A stretch of 63,441 bases of DNA, the filler included, from Chiloscyllium plagiosum (Eukaryota), in the NCBI RefSeq assembly GCF_004010195.1. It is 4 parts of one record of this genome, joined end to end, with 100 filler letters (N's around TTAATTAATTAA, not from the genome) between each part and the next. Parts side by side here need not be neighbours in the genome. Positions count along the whole stretch, not along the records: positions 38,622 to 51,254 come from NC_057716.1; positions 51,355 to 63,441 come from NC_057716.1; 2 more parts are not named here. One strand, given 5' to 3'. The notes under the pieces are model-generated. The model saw only the letters and a list, made by a program, of their open reading frames with translations. It was not told the DNA's origin and did no database searches. The position numbers and the translations under genes were made by a program. Below are positions 39,150 to 52,555 of this stretch, one piece after another (the stretch's first letter is position 1; every line of letters starts with the position of its first letter).

Positions 39150-41120
39150 GAATAAATTTAAGAGAGGATAGACAGATTTTAATTAATACAAGTTTGAAGG
39201 ATTATGGAGAGTGGGCAGGAAACTGGTTTTGAGACCATTATAAGATAAGCCATGATCCTATTTAACAGTGGAGCTAACCCAAAGGGCTCTACGGCCTATT
39301 CCTGCTCCTAGTTATTAGCAAAGCCATATTAACCGAGTGTGGCATCAAAGAGCCCAAGTAAAACTATGGTCAGTGGGTATTGGGGGTTGTTGGAGGGTCA
39401 GTCATCTCAGCTCCAGGACATCTCTGCAGGAGTCCCTCAGGGGAGTGTCCTAGACCCAACCATCTTCAGCTGCTTCATCAATGACCTTCCCTCCATCAGA
39501 AGGTCAGAAGTGGGGATGGTCCCCGATGATTACACAATGTTCAGCACTATTCACCACTCCTCAGGTACTGGAGCAGTCCATGTTCAAATGGAACAAGATC
39601 TGGACAATCTCCAGGCTTGGGCTGACAAGGGGCAAGTAACATTCGTCCCACACAGATGCCAGGCTATGACCATAGTAGTATCCTGTGAAGTTACCATTGA
39701 ACAGGAACTGAAGTGGGCTGGCAACATAAATCCTGTGACACAGAGATTGCTGGAAAAACTCAGCAGATCTGGCAATATCTGTGGAGAGAGTTAAAAATCA
39801 CACAACACCAGGTTATAGAGTCATAGAGATGTACAGCATGGAAACAGACCCTTCGGTCCAACCTGTCCATGCCGACCAGATATCCCAACCCAATCTAGTC
39901 CCACCTGCCAGCACCAGGCCCATATCCCTCCAAACCCTTCCTATTCATATACCCATCCAGATGCCTCTTAAATGTTGTAATTGTACCAGCCTCCATTATA
40001 GTCCAACAGGTTTATTTGGAAGCGCTAACTTTAGAGATGCAGCCCCCTCATCAGGTGGTGCTGGAGCATGACCATACGGCACACAATTTATAGCAAAAAG
40101 GTTACAGTGTCGTGGAGTTGTAATGATATATGCAACAACTTTAGTTGTGGCAAGAGAAAGAGAATTAAAGTCTCCAGTCTGAAATATTTGACAGAGGCAG
40201 AGGAGAGGTGTTGGGAACAGGTAGTGTGGAGGCCCAGTGGATACAAAGAGGGGCTTCTTATTGAGTTGGAAGAATTTCACTCAGAGGGTGGTACGTGTAT
40301 GGAATGAGCTGTCAGAGGAAGTGGTGGAGGCTGGTATAATTGCAACATTTAAAAGATATCTGGATGGGTATATGAATAGGAAGGGTTTGGAGGGATATGG
40401 GCCGGGTGCTGGCAGGTGGGACTAGATTGGGTTGGGATATCTGGTCGGCATGGACGGGTTGGACCAAAGGGTCTGTTTCTGTGTTGTACATCTCTATGAC
40501 TCTATGAGAAATGGAGACATGAAATGGCGTAAATGCAGTGTGAAAATGGGTGCTTTCAGTTGAGAGTAAAGTAAACAAGAGATAAACCTTCACAAGATAG
40601 ACCAGGCATTTTGGGTGATGGAGGTGGTGGTGTCAGGTATGTTATTATGGTACACACTGCTGCTACTGAGCGTCGGTGGTGGAGGGAGCGGGTGTGATGC
40701 CAATCAATTGGGCTGTTTTGTCCTGGATGGTGCCAAGCTTATGACCATAAGACATAGGAGTGGAGGGAAGCCATTCGGCCCATTAAGTCTGCTCTGCCAT
40801 TCAATGAGATCATGCCTAATCTGATAATCCTCAACTCCACTTTCCTGCCTTTTCCGCAGAACCAGTGATTCCGCTTCCCAATTTAAAAACCTCTCTCAGT
40901 CTTCCGTGTTCTTCATGACCTTAAAGTCTCAATGACAGCCCTCTGTGGTCAACAGTTCCACAGATTCACTCCCTTCTGAAAGAAGAAATTCCTCCTCATC
41001 TCTGTCTTAATTGTGTTATCTTTTACTCTGAGATGGTACCCTCTGGTCCCAGCCTCTCCCAGAAGGGGAGACAACCTCTCAAGATCTTCCCCATTGAGCT
41101 CCCTAAGAAACCTGTATGTT
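39150..41120. mobile_element. Mosaic of CR1/L2-like LINE fragments and a family B element split by a CR1 3' end
   Basis: RT peptide [21 protein letters not shown]; inverted CR1 3' ends at 39817-39995 and 40270-40506. Confidence 0.75.
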
Positions 41121-43092
41121 TCAAATGTAATTCTACTATTTAAACACTAACCCACTGGTAATACACCCACTCGGCAAACACAGACATATTAAAAATGGAT
41201 GTTCGAGGTGGAGTGAAAGACTGGGAAGCCACTTTCGTGATCTCTGTTTAGATCAGAGTGGTGCTGGAAAAGCACAGCAGGTCAGGCACCATCCGAGGAG
41301 CAGGAAAATCCACATTTTGGGCAAAAGCCCTTTATCAGGAATGGCTTTTGCCCAAAATGTTGATTTTCCTGCTCCTCAGATGCTGCCTGTCCTGCTGTGC
41401 TTTTCCAGCACCACCCTGATCTAACCTCTAGTTTCCAGCATCTGCAGTCCTCACTTTTGCCCACTTTAGAGATCACTGTCCATGGGGTTTCCTGAGCTGA
41501 TCTTTGTGTTGATTAGAATACTGTCTCTTGATCTTCTTCTCCCAGATACTTTCCCTTTTATTTTGCAGAGGCACAAGGTAACTGCTTCACATGTTTAAAG
41601 GTCTCTATCTTATCAATTAAACGTCACATCTTGCAACAAATGATGAGGGCTGGCTCTCTACAGGACCTGAGAGACTCTGCTGCAGAATGAAAGCAGCTCC
41701 TTACCCCTACATGTCTGATGGCTTCTACCCAAACCTTCAAACACCCAAAATGTTTACCTGCTCCAGAGCCAATCACATTGTTGTTGCCAGGCAGAAGACC
41801 TTTGTCATCGATAACTGGTCACTAATCCACTGACCAATCAGCTCCTTGTTGCTGGCTGATTCTTCATTTGTCCACAGCACCGCCCTCCCCCTCCCCTGGC
41901 TCCAGCTGCTCTGTAACTAGACCATCCCTCCACACTGCTGGAACCAGCAGCTGTGTAACCAATGCTTACAATGAGGGGCAGGGAAGTTGCTTTTACAAAG
42001 TGTTCAATCTTTCAAAGTTACAAATCACACAACATCAGGTTATAGTTCAACAGGTTTCAAAACACAGCCACCTGATGAAGGAGCAGTGCTTCGAAAGCCA
42101 GTGCCTCCACTTAAACCTGTTGGACTATAACCTGGTGTTGTGCGATTTTTAATCTTTCAACAACCCTTGGTTTTTAAATCAGTCCTTTTCCCCGTTCCAG
42201 TCCGCAATCAAAAATACAGGAAAATCGAAAGCTATGTCTTTACAGCCAAAGAGTTCTCCCTCGCATTCTGAGCAATATTTACCTTCCAAGCAACATCACT
42301 GAGGCAGGATAGCAGTTCACCTGCTGTTTCCTTGAATCTTTCTGTGCTCAAACAAACCCACCTCATTTGCTACATTATACCCAGTAACTACATTCCAGAA
42401 AATTGGCTGTACTATTCTGTGGACATCCTGGGGTCATCAAAGGCGCTACGAGAATGTAATTTCCTTCCGTTTATGAAAAGAAGGAAGCTGTGTTATTTCG
42501 AGAGTAATATTTATGGTGCAGCTGAATTTCCTGTGCAGAGTTTCGATGTAACCGTTGGAAACATTCCTAATTAGCAGCTTAGTTTAATCTTCCTGAACAC
42601 TCACTGGCTGTGGGAGTTGAATTTAGTGCCTTCACGTTTTGTCAAGCACTTTTCTTGGCTTTCGGAATGACCCTTGTGCAGTTTGAACCCATTTCTGCTG
42701 ACCAGTGAGATATTTGTTTTGCTAAACATTGCAAATTGAAACCAAAGGGCACTCACACCTCTTTGTATGTCTACACTCTCCACCATCTGGCAGTTTAAAA
42801 AATCCTCAGGAAATCTGTTTCTCTGACCGAAGTGGATAACCTGACTGAAAGGGAGTTTGTCACTAGTTAGTTATTCACCTGGAACCTTTCTTTACTGTGT
42901 TAGAACTTGTGGTGGTTATTGAGGAACTGGGGTATCTTACAGAATGCTCCTCACTGCAAAGTGAGCTGACTTCTTCAGCTCTGCTGCTGCTGCTCTCTCT
43001 CTCTGACCCACTTTTCAGGATGTACATCAAAGGTTCATTGTTTATTCATTCACAGGACGTGGGCATCATTGGCTGGGCCCAGCATTTATTGC

Positions 43093-43303
43093 TGGAAATG
43101 TGTTGCTGGAAAAGCGCAGCAGGCCAGGCAGCATCCAGGGAACAGGAGAATCGACGTTTCGGGCATTAGCCCTTCATTCCTGAAGAAGGGCTTATGCCCG
43201 AAACGTCGATTCTCCTGTTCCCTGGATGCTGCCTGACCTGCTGCGCTTTTCCAGCAACACATTTCCAGCTCTGATCTCCAGCATCTGCAGACCTAACTTT
43301 CTC
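43093..43303. mobile_element. Family A fold-back element with 15-bp TSD and intact hammerhead
   Basis: TSD cccagcatttattgc at 43078-43092 / 43304-43318; core at 43180-43207. Confidence 0.8.
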
Positions 43304-43629
43304 CCCAGCATTTATTGCCCATCCCTAGTTACTGCTTGAGAAGGTGGGGGTGAGCTGCTTTCCTGATCGGCTGCTGTAGGTTTTCCATGTGCTGTTGGTA
43401 GCCCTTAGGTCGGGAATTGGGGAGATAGGGACAGGAGATGTCCATTCATCCAGTCGAGCCTTCCCCACCATTCAAGACCATCATGGCTGATCGAACACTT
43501 CAGTGCCTGTTACCCACCCATAACCCTGAACCCCACTGGTCATCAGAAATCGATCAATCTCTTTCTTACACAAACTCAAAGACTGAGCTTCCATAGCCCA
43601 CTGTGGAAGAGAATTTAATCTTTCTGGCT

Positions 43630-45140
43630 GACTGGCAGTAGGCAGAGAGTGGGGATAAAGGGGTCTTTTTCAGGGTGGCAGCTGGTGACGCGTGGAATCC
43701 CGCAGGGGTCAGTGTTCAGACCACAATTATTCACGTTATACGTTAACGCTCAGGACGAAGGACCTGAGCACATTGTCGCAATGTTTGCAGATGACACAAA
43801 GATAGTTGGAGGGACGGGTAATGTTGAGGAAGAGGGGAGGCTACAGAAGGACTTGGACAGGCTGGGGAGTGGGCAAGGAGGTGACAGATGGAATACAATG
43901 GAGGAAAGTGTGAGGGTATGCACTTTGGTCAGAAGAATAGAGGCACAGACAATTTTCTAAACAGGGCAGAGGGCTTAAGAATTCTAAAGCACAGGATGTC
44001 TTGAGAGTCCTAGTTCAGAATTCTTTTAAGGTTAACACACAAGTTCGGTTCTCAGGAAGGCAAATGCAGTGTTAGCATTCAGTTCAAGAGGGCGAGAATA
44101 CAAAGGCAGAGATGTACTGCTGAGGCTGGATAAGGTTCTTGTCAGACTGCATCTGGAGGAGAAAGTGAGGTCTGCAGATGCTGGAGATCAGAGCTGAAAA
44201 TGTGTTGCTGGAAACACGCAGCAGGTCAGGCAGCATCCAGGGAACAGGAGAATCGACGTTTCGGGCATTCCTGAAGAAGGGCTTATGCCCGAAACGTCAA
44301 TTCTTCTGCTCCTTGGATGCTGCCTGACCTGCTGCGTTTTTCCAGCAACACATTTTCAGACTGCATCTGGAACATTGTGAGCAGTTTTGGTCCCCGTATC
44401 TAAGGAAGGATTTGCTGGTCATAGAGGGAGCCCAGAGGAGGTTCACAAGAATAATCCCAGGGATGAAGGCCTTGTCGTATGAGGAACAGTTGAGGACTAT
44501 GGGTCTGTATGCAATGGAGTTTAAATTTAGAAGGGTCAGGAGGATCTGATTGATCAGGGTGGCACGGTGGCTCAGTGGTTAGCACTGCTGCCTCATAGTA
44601 GCCAGGCACCCGGGTTTGATTCCAGCCTCGGGCGACTGACTGTGTGGAGTTTGCACATGCTCCCCGTGTCTGCGTGGGTTTCCTCCGGGTGCTCCAGTTT
44701 CCTCCCATAGTCCAAAGATGTGCAGGTCAGGGTGAATTGGCCGTGCTAAATAGTCCCATAGTGCCCAGGGATAAGTGTGTTAAGTGCATTAGTCAGGGAT
44801 AAATGTACGGTAATAGGGTAGGGGAATAAGTCTAGATGGGTTACCGTTTGGAGGTCAGTGAGGACTTGTTCGGCTGTAGGGCCTGTTTCCATATTGTAGG
44901 GATTCTAAAAGAAAAGGAAACTGACAGACCTGGATGGAGTGGACAGGGAGAAGATGTTTTCATGAGTCAGAGAGACTCGGACTTATTGTAGCTCTTCAGG
45001 CTAAAGGGGTCAAAGGGTATGGGGAGAAAGCAGGAACAGGGGTCTGGGTTTGGGTGATCAGACATGATCATACTGAATAGCAGAACAGGCTTGAAGGGCT
45101 GAATGGCCTCCTGCTGCCCTGATGTTTACGTTTCTCTGTT
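43630..45140 (+). mobile_element. CR1 RT fragment with nested family A element (44158-44355) and HE1 SINE (44557-44905)
   Basis: GIPQGSVFRPQLF..MFADDTKI; 16-bp TSD tcagactgcatctgga at 44142-44157 / 44356-44371. Confidence 0.85.
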
Positions 45141-46894
45141 GAATGTGTGGGTAGAGTCAGTGATGGGGGAAACGTACAGGGGGCTGTGGGAGGGGTTAGT
45201 TCCTTGCTGAAGTTCCTTTGCTCGTGTTGAATTCAGTGAAATGATGTTGGTAAAATGCGGAGAGTAGCATTTGTCTATCTTCAGTGAATTTAGCTGTTAG
45301 AGTGTCGGTGCCAAGATTAATTACAGCACTCGATGAGAAACACACAAATTCCCAACTGGCGAGATTGTTATTTCACATGGTGCTGGTACTTCCTGCCATT
45401 ACCATCACGTTCCCAAGTCCGGGATTTTGTTTGTTTTTTGTAGGAAGCTATGTTCTGGCCGAAAACATAAAGGGAGTCTCGGAGGGACAATCGCACCTTC
45501 CAGTGGAGTTTGATGTGGAAAGCGCATTGTTATTGAGTTGAGGGGAAGGTGGGAAGGGGAGTCAGATGGCTGGCTGCATCTCGGTGGGAGCTCTGTGTGG
45601 TGTGCCCGGGGAAATGTGTCACCTGGGTGTGGCTGACCAACACAAACCGGGCTGATGTTGCCAGGGAGCTCCACTTGGGCGGGTCCACACAGGAGGACAT
45701 GAGTCACTCCAGCCTGAGTGATCAGCTGCCCTCGGTACACACCCATGACATGGAGCGGTTTTGGGGAAGGAGATTGTGATTGGGTTTTGGAGAGGGGAGG
45801 GAACACACTGGTGGGACATGGGTGGAAGAACAGGGGACCCCAGCACAGTGTTATTCTGGAGGGACTGGGATTGTTCTCCTCACAGTAAGGGAGGTTGAGG
45901 GGAAATTTAATTGAGCTGTACGAGACCGGTTTTAATCAGATAGATCAACAAGTCCTTTCCAGTTGGCTGCTGGTAAAAAGGAATTGGGAGAAGCAATTCG
46001 GGGATTTTGGGTAGGAAATGCAGGGAGAATGGGAGAGGAGCCACATGCCCAAATGGTGCTGCATCAGGTCAATGATTTGGACAGACCCTTGATGGAGATC
46101 ACCCTCCAGGGCTACGACGCTGGAATGGAGGCGTGGGGCTGAATGGTTCGTTCCACACACAGTCAAGTTGGATTTGATGGGCTGAATGACTTCCTCCTAA
46201 TGACTGTATGATGAAGAAGTGACTGATCAGTGCGGTTTGGCAGGTCAGGGTTGGAGTGAATCCTGAAGGTGTAAAGAAAGGGAGGGAAACTGAGAGGAAT
46301 ACCTCGACAGCCTTTGGATGTGCAGAGGATTGGCTCAGTTGTGATGGTTATTGTAACTGAATCGTGTATTAATACCAACACACCTTTTCATGTTTTATTT
46401 TATTGCTCCTCTCATCGGACATGCATGTTTCTGGCTGGGCCCAGTAGCTTATTATCTGTCCCTAATTGCCCCTTGAGAAGGTTGGGATGAGCTGACTTCT
46501 TGAATCACTGCAGTCCAGCAAGAGTCAGCACCTTTCTGAAAAGGGAAGGTCACTTGGGGAAGAACAACATCCATTTTGTTGTCAATTGAGAACAAAAATG
46601 TCCCTTAAGGATCCATGTCCCTTTAAGATCCACTCCCTGGTCCCATGCAGTTTAGAGACTCTGGGAACAACATCCTGGAGCAGAAGTGAAGCAGATTTTC
46701 CAAACAGGCAGCTGGCCAAGCAGAGATGAGGAGCCAAGCCATGTTTTATCCGCCACGGAGGCTGAGCCAGGCGTTTGAAGTAGAATGCTGGGATTTGGAT
46801 GGGAATGTTCAGCCAGGGATGGACTCGGGGTTTGAGAAGGAGCTGGGGGAGGAGGAAGATCATCAGTTTCATGTTGCAGTTCAGTCTGTTATTC

Positions 46895-47990
46895 ATACAC
46901 CCCATAACACGCACAGTCACACGCGCATGCACACTCACACGCGCACGTGCACACACACTCTCACACACACGCACACACACTCACACGCACACATTCACAC
47001 ACATATGCGCACGCACGCACACACACACACAGAAACATACACCCCATAACACACACTCACACAGACACAATCATACACACACACACACACGCTCATGTGC
47101 ACTCATACACAAACACAAACACACATGCACACACACACACTCTCACACACACACAGAGAAACATATACCCCATAACACACACTCATACACACACTCTGAT
47201 ACAAACAGTTGCACACAGAGAAACATAGATACACACACACACAGTCTCATNNNNNNNNNNNNNNNNNNNNNNNNNNNNNNNNNNNNNNNNNNNNNNNNNN
47301 NNNNNNNNNNNNNNNNNNNNNNNNNNNNNNNNNNNNNNNNNNNNNNNNNNNNNNNNNNNNNNNNNNNNNNNNNNNNNNNNNNNNNNNNNNNNNNNNNNNN
47401 NNNNNNNNNNNNNNNNNNNNNNNNNNNNNNNNNNNNNNNNNNNNNNNNNNNNNNNNNNNNNNNNNNNNNNNNNNNNNNNNNNNNNNNNNNNNNNNNNNNN
47501 NNNNNNNNNNNNNNNNNNNNNNNNNNNNNNNNNNNNNNNNNNNNNNNNNNNNNNNNNNNNNNNNNNNNNNNNNNNNNNNNNNNNNNNNNNNNNNNNNNNN
47601 NNNNNNNNNNNNNNNNNNNNNNNNNNNNNNNNNNNNNNNNNNNNNNNNNNNNNNNNNNNNNNNNNNNNNNNNNNNNNNNNNNNNNNNNNNNNNNNNNNNN
47701 NNNNNNNNNNNNNNNNNNNNNNNNNNNNNNNNNNNNNNNNTCACACATACACAGAGATACATATCCAAACAAGGATACACACATCCACACACACCCACAG
47801 ACACAGATACACATACACACAGATACACATCCATTCACACATACACACATCCATATACATGCACACACAGATAAACACACACACTCTCACACACACATGC
47901 ACACACACAGATGCACATATAGATGCACAAATACTACTCACACATACAAACACACTCACAACTATGGACACAATCACAAATGTGCATGAA
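46895..47990. repeat. (CA)n-rich tract spanning an N gap
   Basis: Direct inspection. Confidence 0.9.
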
Positions 47991-48009
47991 CACAGATAAA
48001 CTGTGTCTA

Positions 48010-51000
48010 TAAGACCACCCCTCAGCCTCCGACACTCCAGGGAAAACAGCCCCAGCCTATACAGCCTCTCCCTATAACTGAAACCCTCCAACCCTGGCAA
48101 CATCCTTTTCTGAATCCTTTCAAGTTTCACATTTTTCCTGTAGCAGGGAGACAAGTATTCCAAAAGTGGCCTCACCAATGTCCTTCAAGTCCCTAAGAGT
48201 CTTGAATGTTTCAGTAAGGGTGCCTGTCATTCTGCTAACCTCTATTGAGTACAGGCCCAACCTACTCACCCTCTCCTCATGAGACAGTCCCTCCATCCCA
48301 GGGATCAGCTGAGTGAACCTTCTCTGGGCTGCCCCCAATGGCAGTCTGCCTTTCCTTAGATAAAGGATCAAACCATTTACAGTCACAAAAGCAAATATTG
48401 TTACATAATGTCATGTGCACAGACACACATGCTCAAACCAGCGAGACAGACTCACACAAAAACGCAGACACACATAAACGCAGCTACCCATGCATGCACA
48501 TATTCAGACACACAGGCACACACTGAGAAACAGATGGGCAGTAAATCAGCAGAGAGCTCTGGCAAATCGATGATGGACTAAGCAACCAGAGCTGGCCAGT
48601 ACCAGAGAGAAATAACACCTTCATTTCAGAGTTGTTTGCATTCCTGCTGCAGTTTGATTTCAGTCAGATGGATGGGGTGAGGGGGGAGTAATTACTCATG
48701 TACACATTAGTTCACCCCAATCACTGCTAATAATCAGAGCCCTGTTTAGGGGTGGTGCCTCATGCCCTGAATAGACTCCCTTAGAGTCATAGAGATGTAC
48801 AGTATACAAACAGATCCGTCAGTCCAACCCATCCATGCTGACCAGATATCCCAACCCAATCTAGTCCCATCTGCCAGCACCCAGCCCATATCCCTCCAAA
48901 CCCTTCCTATTCATATACCCATCCAGATGCCTCTTAAATGTTGCAATTGTACCAGCCTCCACCACATCCTCTGGCAGCTCATTCCATACACNNNNNNNNN
49001 NNNNNNNNNNNNNNNNNNNNNNNNNNNNNNNNNNNNNNNNNNNNNNNNNNNNNNNNNNNNNNNNNNNNNNNNNNNNNNNNNNNNNNNNNNNNNNNNNNNN
49101 NNNNNNNNNNNNNNNNNNNNNNNNNNNNNNNNNNNNNNNNNNNNNNNNNNNNNNNNNNNNNNNNNNNNNNNNNNNNNNNNNNNNNNNNNNNNNNNNNNNN
49201 NNNNNNNNNNNNNNNNNNNNNNNNNNNNNNNNNNNNNNNNNNNNNNNNNNNNNNNNNNNNNNNNNNNNNNNNNNNNNNNNNNNNNNNNNNNNNNNNNNNN
49301 NNNNNNNNNNNNNNNNNNNNNNNNNNCATTTATCTGAATTAAACTCCATCTGCCACTTCTCAGCCCATTGGCCCATCTGGTCCAGATCCTGTTGTAATCT
49401 GAGGTAACCCTCTTCGCTGTCCACTACACCTCCAATTTTGGTGTCATCTGCAAACTGACTAAGGATACCTGCTATGTTCAGATCCTGATTGAGGATGCTG
49501 CTGCAGGACTGTTGCCTTTCCCCTCAGACACTGTGTGGATGGCAACCCCCAGTCCCACCCAGTTCCTGCTGCTGTGTGATAATGTTCCACTTTGGGACAC
49601 TGTTCCAGGTGGAGCTGGCACTCAGACCCGTCACTGAGACTTTCCCAGGGACAGTGTCTGATCCTGTTTCATCTCAGAGGGCACCACATCACTGTTCTGG
49701 TTGTTTCAGATTGCACCTTATATAATTTGTTTCTCATTTTAATCTTTTGAGATCGGCAGGAGATTTGGTTTATAAAGTTGGTGGGATTGCCAGCTTGTTT
49801 ATCGACCGTGTTGTAACAAAGTTTTATGGGATCCCTCAGCTACCACACCATTTAAACCATTCCTCTGTTGCTGGCTCACGATTTCCCATTCTTTGAAGCC
49901 CATGTCCCTTGACTGGAAAGTTATTTCCCCCTCATCAGGATTTGATTAACATTGCACCAACCAAGTCCATCACTGCTACATTGCAGTGTGTACTATCTAC
50001 AAGATGCTCTGCAGAAACTCACCAAAGACCCTCAGACAGCACCTTCCAAACCCACAACCACTTCCATCGAGAAGGACAAGGGCAGCAGATACATGGGAAC
50101 ACCACCCCCTGCAAGTTCCCCTCCCAGCCCCTCACCATCCTGACTTGGAAATATATCGCCGTTCCTTCAGTGTCACTGGGTCAGAATCCTGGAATTCCCT
50201 CCCTAAGGGCATTGTGGGTCTACCCACAGCACATGGACTGCAGCGGGTCAAGAAGGCAGCTCACCCCCACCTTCTCAAGGGGCAACTAGGGACGGGGTAA
50301 TAAATGCTGGGCCCAGCCACATCCCACGAACAAATAAATAGAGCATGTCTTACCGTGCTGCCAGTCTTGTTGCAGGTGATTGGTGTTATCCTCCCCATAT
50401 CGCAATTCCTCAAGTCTGTTTTTAAATTCATTTGTGGGTAAGGTATCTAAATCCTAGCGGGTAGGAGTAAGGAAAACCCCAAGGTGTTCTACACTAATGT
50501 CATGAACAGGAGGATGGCCAGAGTGAAGGTAGGGCCAATGAAGGAACCTGTACCTGGAGCCGGAGGAGGTAGGAGAGGTCCCTAATGAATACTTTGTTTC
50601 AGTATTCACCAGTGACAGGGACCTTGTCGTTTGTGAGGACAGGCTGATATGCAGGTTGATGTTAAGAAGGATGATGTGTTGAAAATTTTGAATCGATAGA
50701 TAAACCCCCTGGGCTAGACGGGATATACCCAAGGTTGCTACGGGAAGTGAGGGAAGAGATTGCTGCACCTTTGGCAATGATCTTTGCAACCTCACTATTC
50801 ACTGGAGTACTGCCAGATGATTGGAGGGTGGCAAATGTTATTCTCTTGCTCATGAAAGGTTGTAGCGATAATCCTGGGCATTATAGACTAGTCAGTCTTA
50901 CGTCTGCGGTGGGCAAATTATTGGAGAGGATTCTGAGACACAGGATTGGTGATTACTTGGAAAATCATAGTTTGATTAGAAATAGTCAGCATGGCTTTGT

Positions 51001-51254
51001 GAGGGGCAGGTCTTGCCTCACAAACCGTAGCTGGTCCATACAGAATTGGCTGGTCCACAGAAGACAGAGGGTGGTGGTAGCTGGAAAGTATTCAGCCTGG
51101 AGCTCGGTGACCAGTGGTGTGCCACAGGGATCTGTTCTGGGACCTCTGCTCTTTGTGATTTTGAAAAATGACTTGGATGAGGAAGTGGAAGGGTGGGTTA
51201 GTGAGTTTGTTAATGACACGAAGGTTGGTGGTGTTGTGAATAGTGTGGAGGGCT
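48010..51254. mobile_element. CR1 fragments (minus 48010-48365 and 48780-49480; plus 49985-50340 and 50455-51254)
   Basis: RT peptides LQQDLDQMGQWAEKWQMEFN, QHGFVRGRSCLTN and [14 protein letters not shown]. Confidence 0.8.
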
Positions 51255-51354
51255 NNNNNNNNNNNNNNNNNNNNNNNNNNNNNNNNNNNNNNNNNNNNTT
51301 AATTAATTAANNNNNNNNNNNNNNNNNNNNNNNNNNNNNNNNNNNNNNNNNNNN
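51255..51354. other. Artificial scaffold spacer
   Basis: 44N-TTAATTAATTAA-44N. Confidence 0.95.
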
Positions 51355-51512
51355 GACCAGTCACTGGGGGGGTTGGGGGGGGGTGGGGTTGGGACTGAGT
51401 GACCAATCACTGGGGGGTGGGGTTGGGACTGAGTGACCAATCCAGTTGCTGGGATGAGAGTGAATGATTGGTTGGAGCTCTCCCATGTCCTTACCACACA
51501 CCAGGCCTCCTG

Positions 51513-52110
51513 TATTCCTGATGAAGGGCTTATGCCCGAAATGTCGATATTCCTGCTCCTCAGATGCTGCCTGAACTGCTGTGTTTTTCCAGCACCACTC
51601 TAATCTAGAGGGAAAAAGTGAGGACTGCAGATGCTGGAGATCAGAGCTGAAGTTGCTGGAAAAGCGCAGCAGGTCAGACAACATCCAAGGAGCAGGAGAA
51701 TTGGGCATAAACCCTTCTTCAGAAATCTTAATCTAGGAGTCTAATCTAGACTCTGGTTTCCAGCATCTGCAGTCATTGTTTTTACCTTGTGATCACACAG
51801 TCTACTATTACACACAACCCATTGTTCGCCACTAACCATCCCCATTAACAGCTGTTCACTCTCCGAGCTAGATCGTTATCCACTCCCTTTATCTGTCTAG
51901 CTGTTCCTCTCTCTCTAGTCGGGCTCTATCCCTATCTATCATTTACTCCTTATCCCCTCCCTCTACCCTACGTTCTGCATATAAACCAACATTTTCCTAA
52001 CTTCCATCAGTTCTGAGGAAGGGTCACTGGACCCAAAACGTTAACTCTGATTTCTCTCCACAGATGCTGCCAGACCTGCTGAACTTTTCCAGCAACTTCT
52101 GCTTTTGTTA
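51513..52110. mobile_element. Nested family A elements followed by a family C PLE terminal repeat
   Basis: Family C core ctgaggaagggtcactggacccaaaacgtt at about 52013-52042, followed by cagatgctgccagacctgctg. Confidence 0.6.
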
Positions 52111-52234
52111 CTTAAGGACCAATCACTGGAGTGGGACTGAGTGACTAGTTGTTATCCATTTGATACTCTCTCCAATATCTGTCAGAATTTCTTATACTTC
52201 AAAATAAAGTCTGTTCTTAAAACTCTTTCTTGCT

Positions 52235-52512
52235 GTATCTCTGTCTGTCTCTGTCTTTGTGTTTGCCTCTCTCCGTCTCTGCATCTCTCTGTGTTTGTGT
52301 CTGCACCTCTGTCTGTGTGTCTCTCTCTGTCTCTGTGTGTCTCTCTGTGTTTCTGTCTCTGCGTCTCTGTCTCTGTGTGTCTCTCCCTGTGTTTGTGTCT
52401 GCGTCTCGGTCTCTGTCTCTGTGTGTCTCTCCCTGTGTCTGCGTCTCTGTCTCTGTGTGTCTCTGCGTCTCTGCCTGTGTTTCTGTGTCTGCGTCTCTGT
52501 CTTTCTCTCTCT
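52235..52512. repeat. (TC/TG)n low-complexity tract
   Basis: Direct inspection. Confidence 0.9.
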
Positions 52513-52555
52513 AGATGACGAAAACAAGCAAATATTGGATGAAAACCAAAAGTGC

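Noticed and set aside
42605..42850. Two minus-strand GTGAGT donors suggesting exons
   Set aside because: The upstream part translates as CR1 RT (QVIHFGQRN..), the implied intron is too short, and the acceptor is weak.
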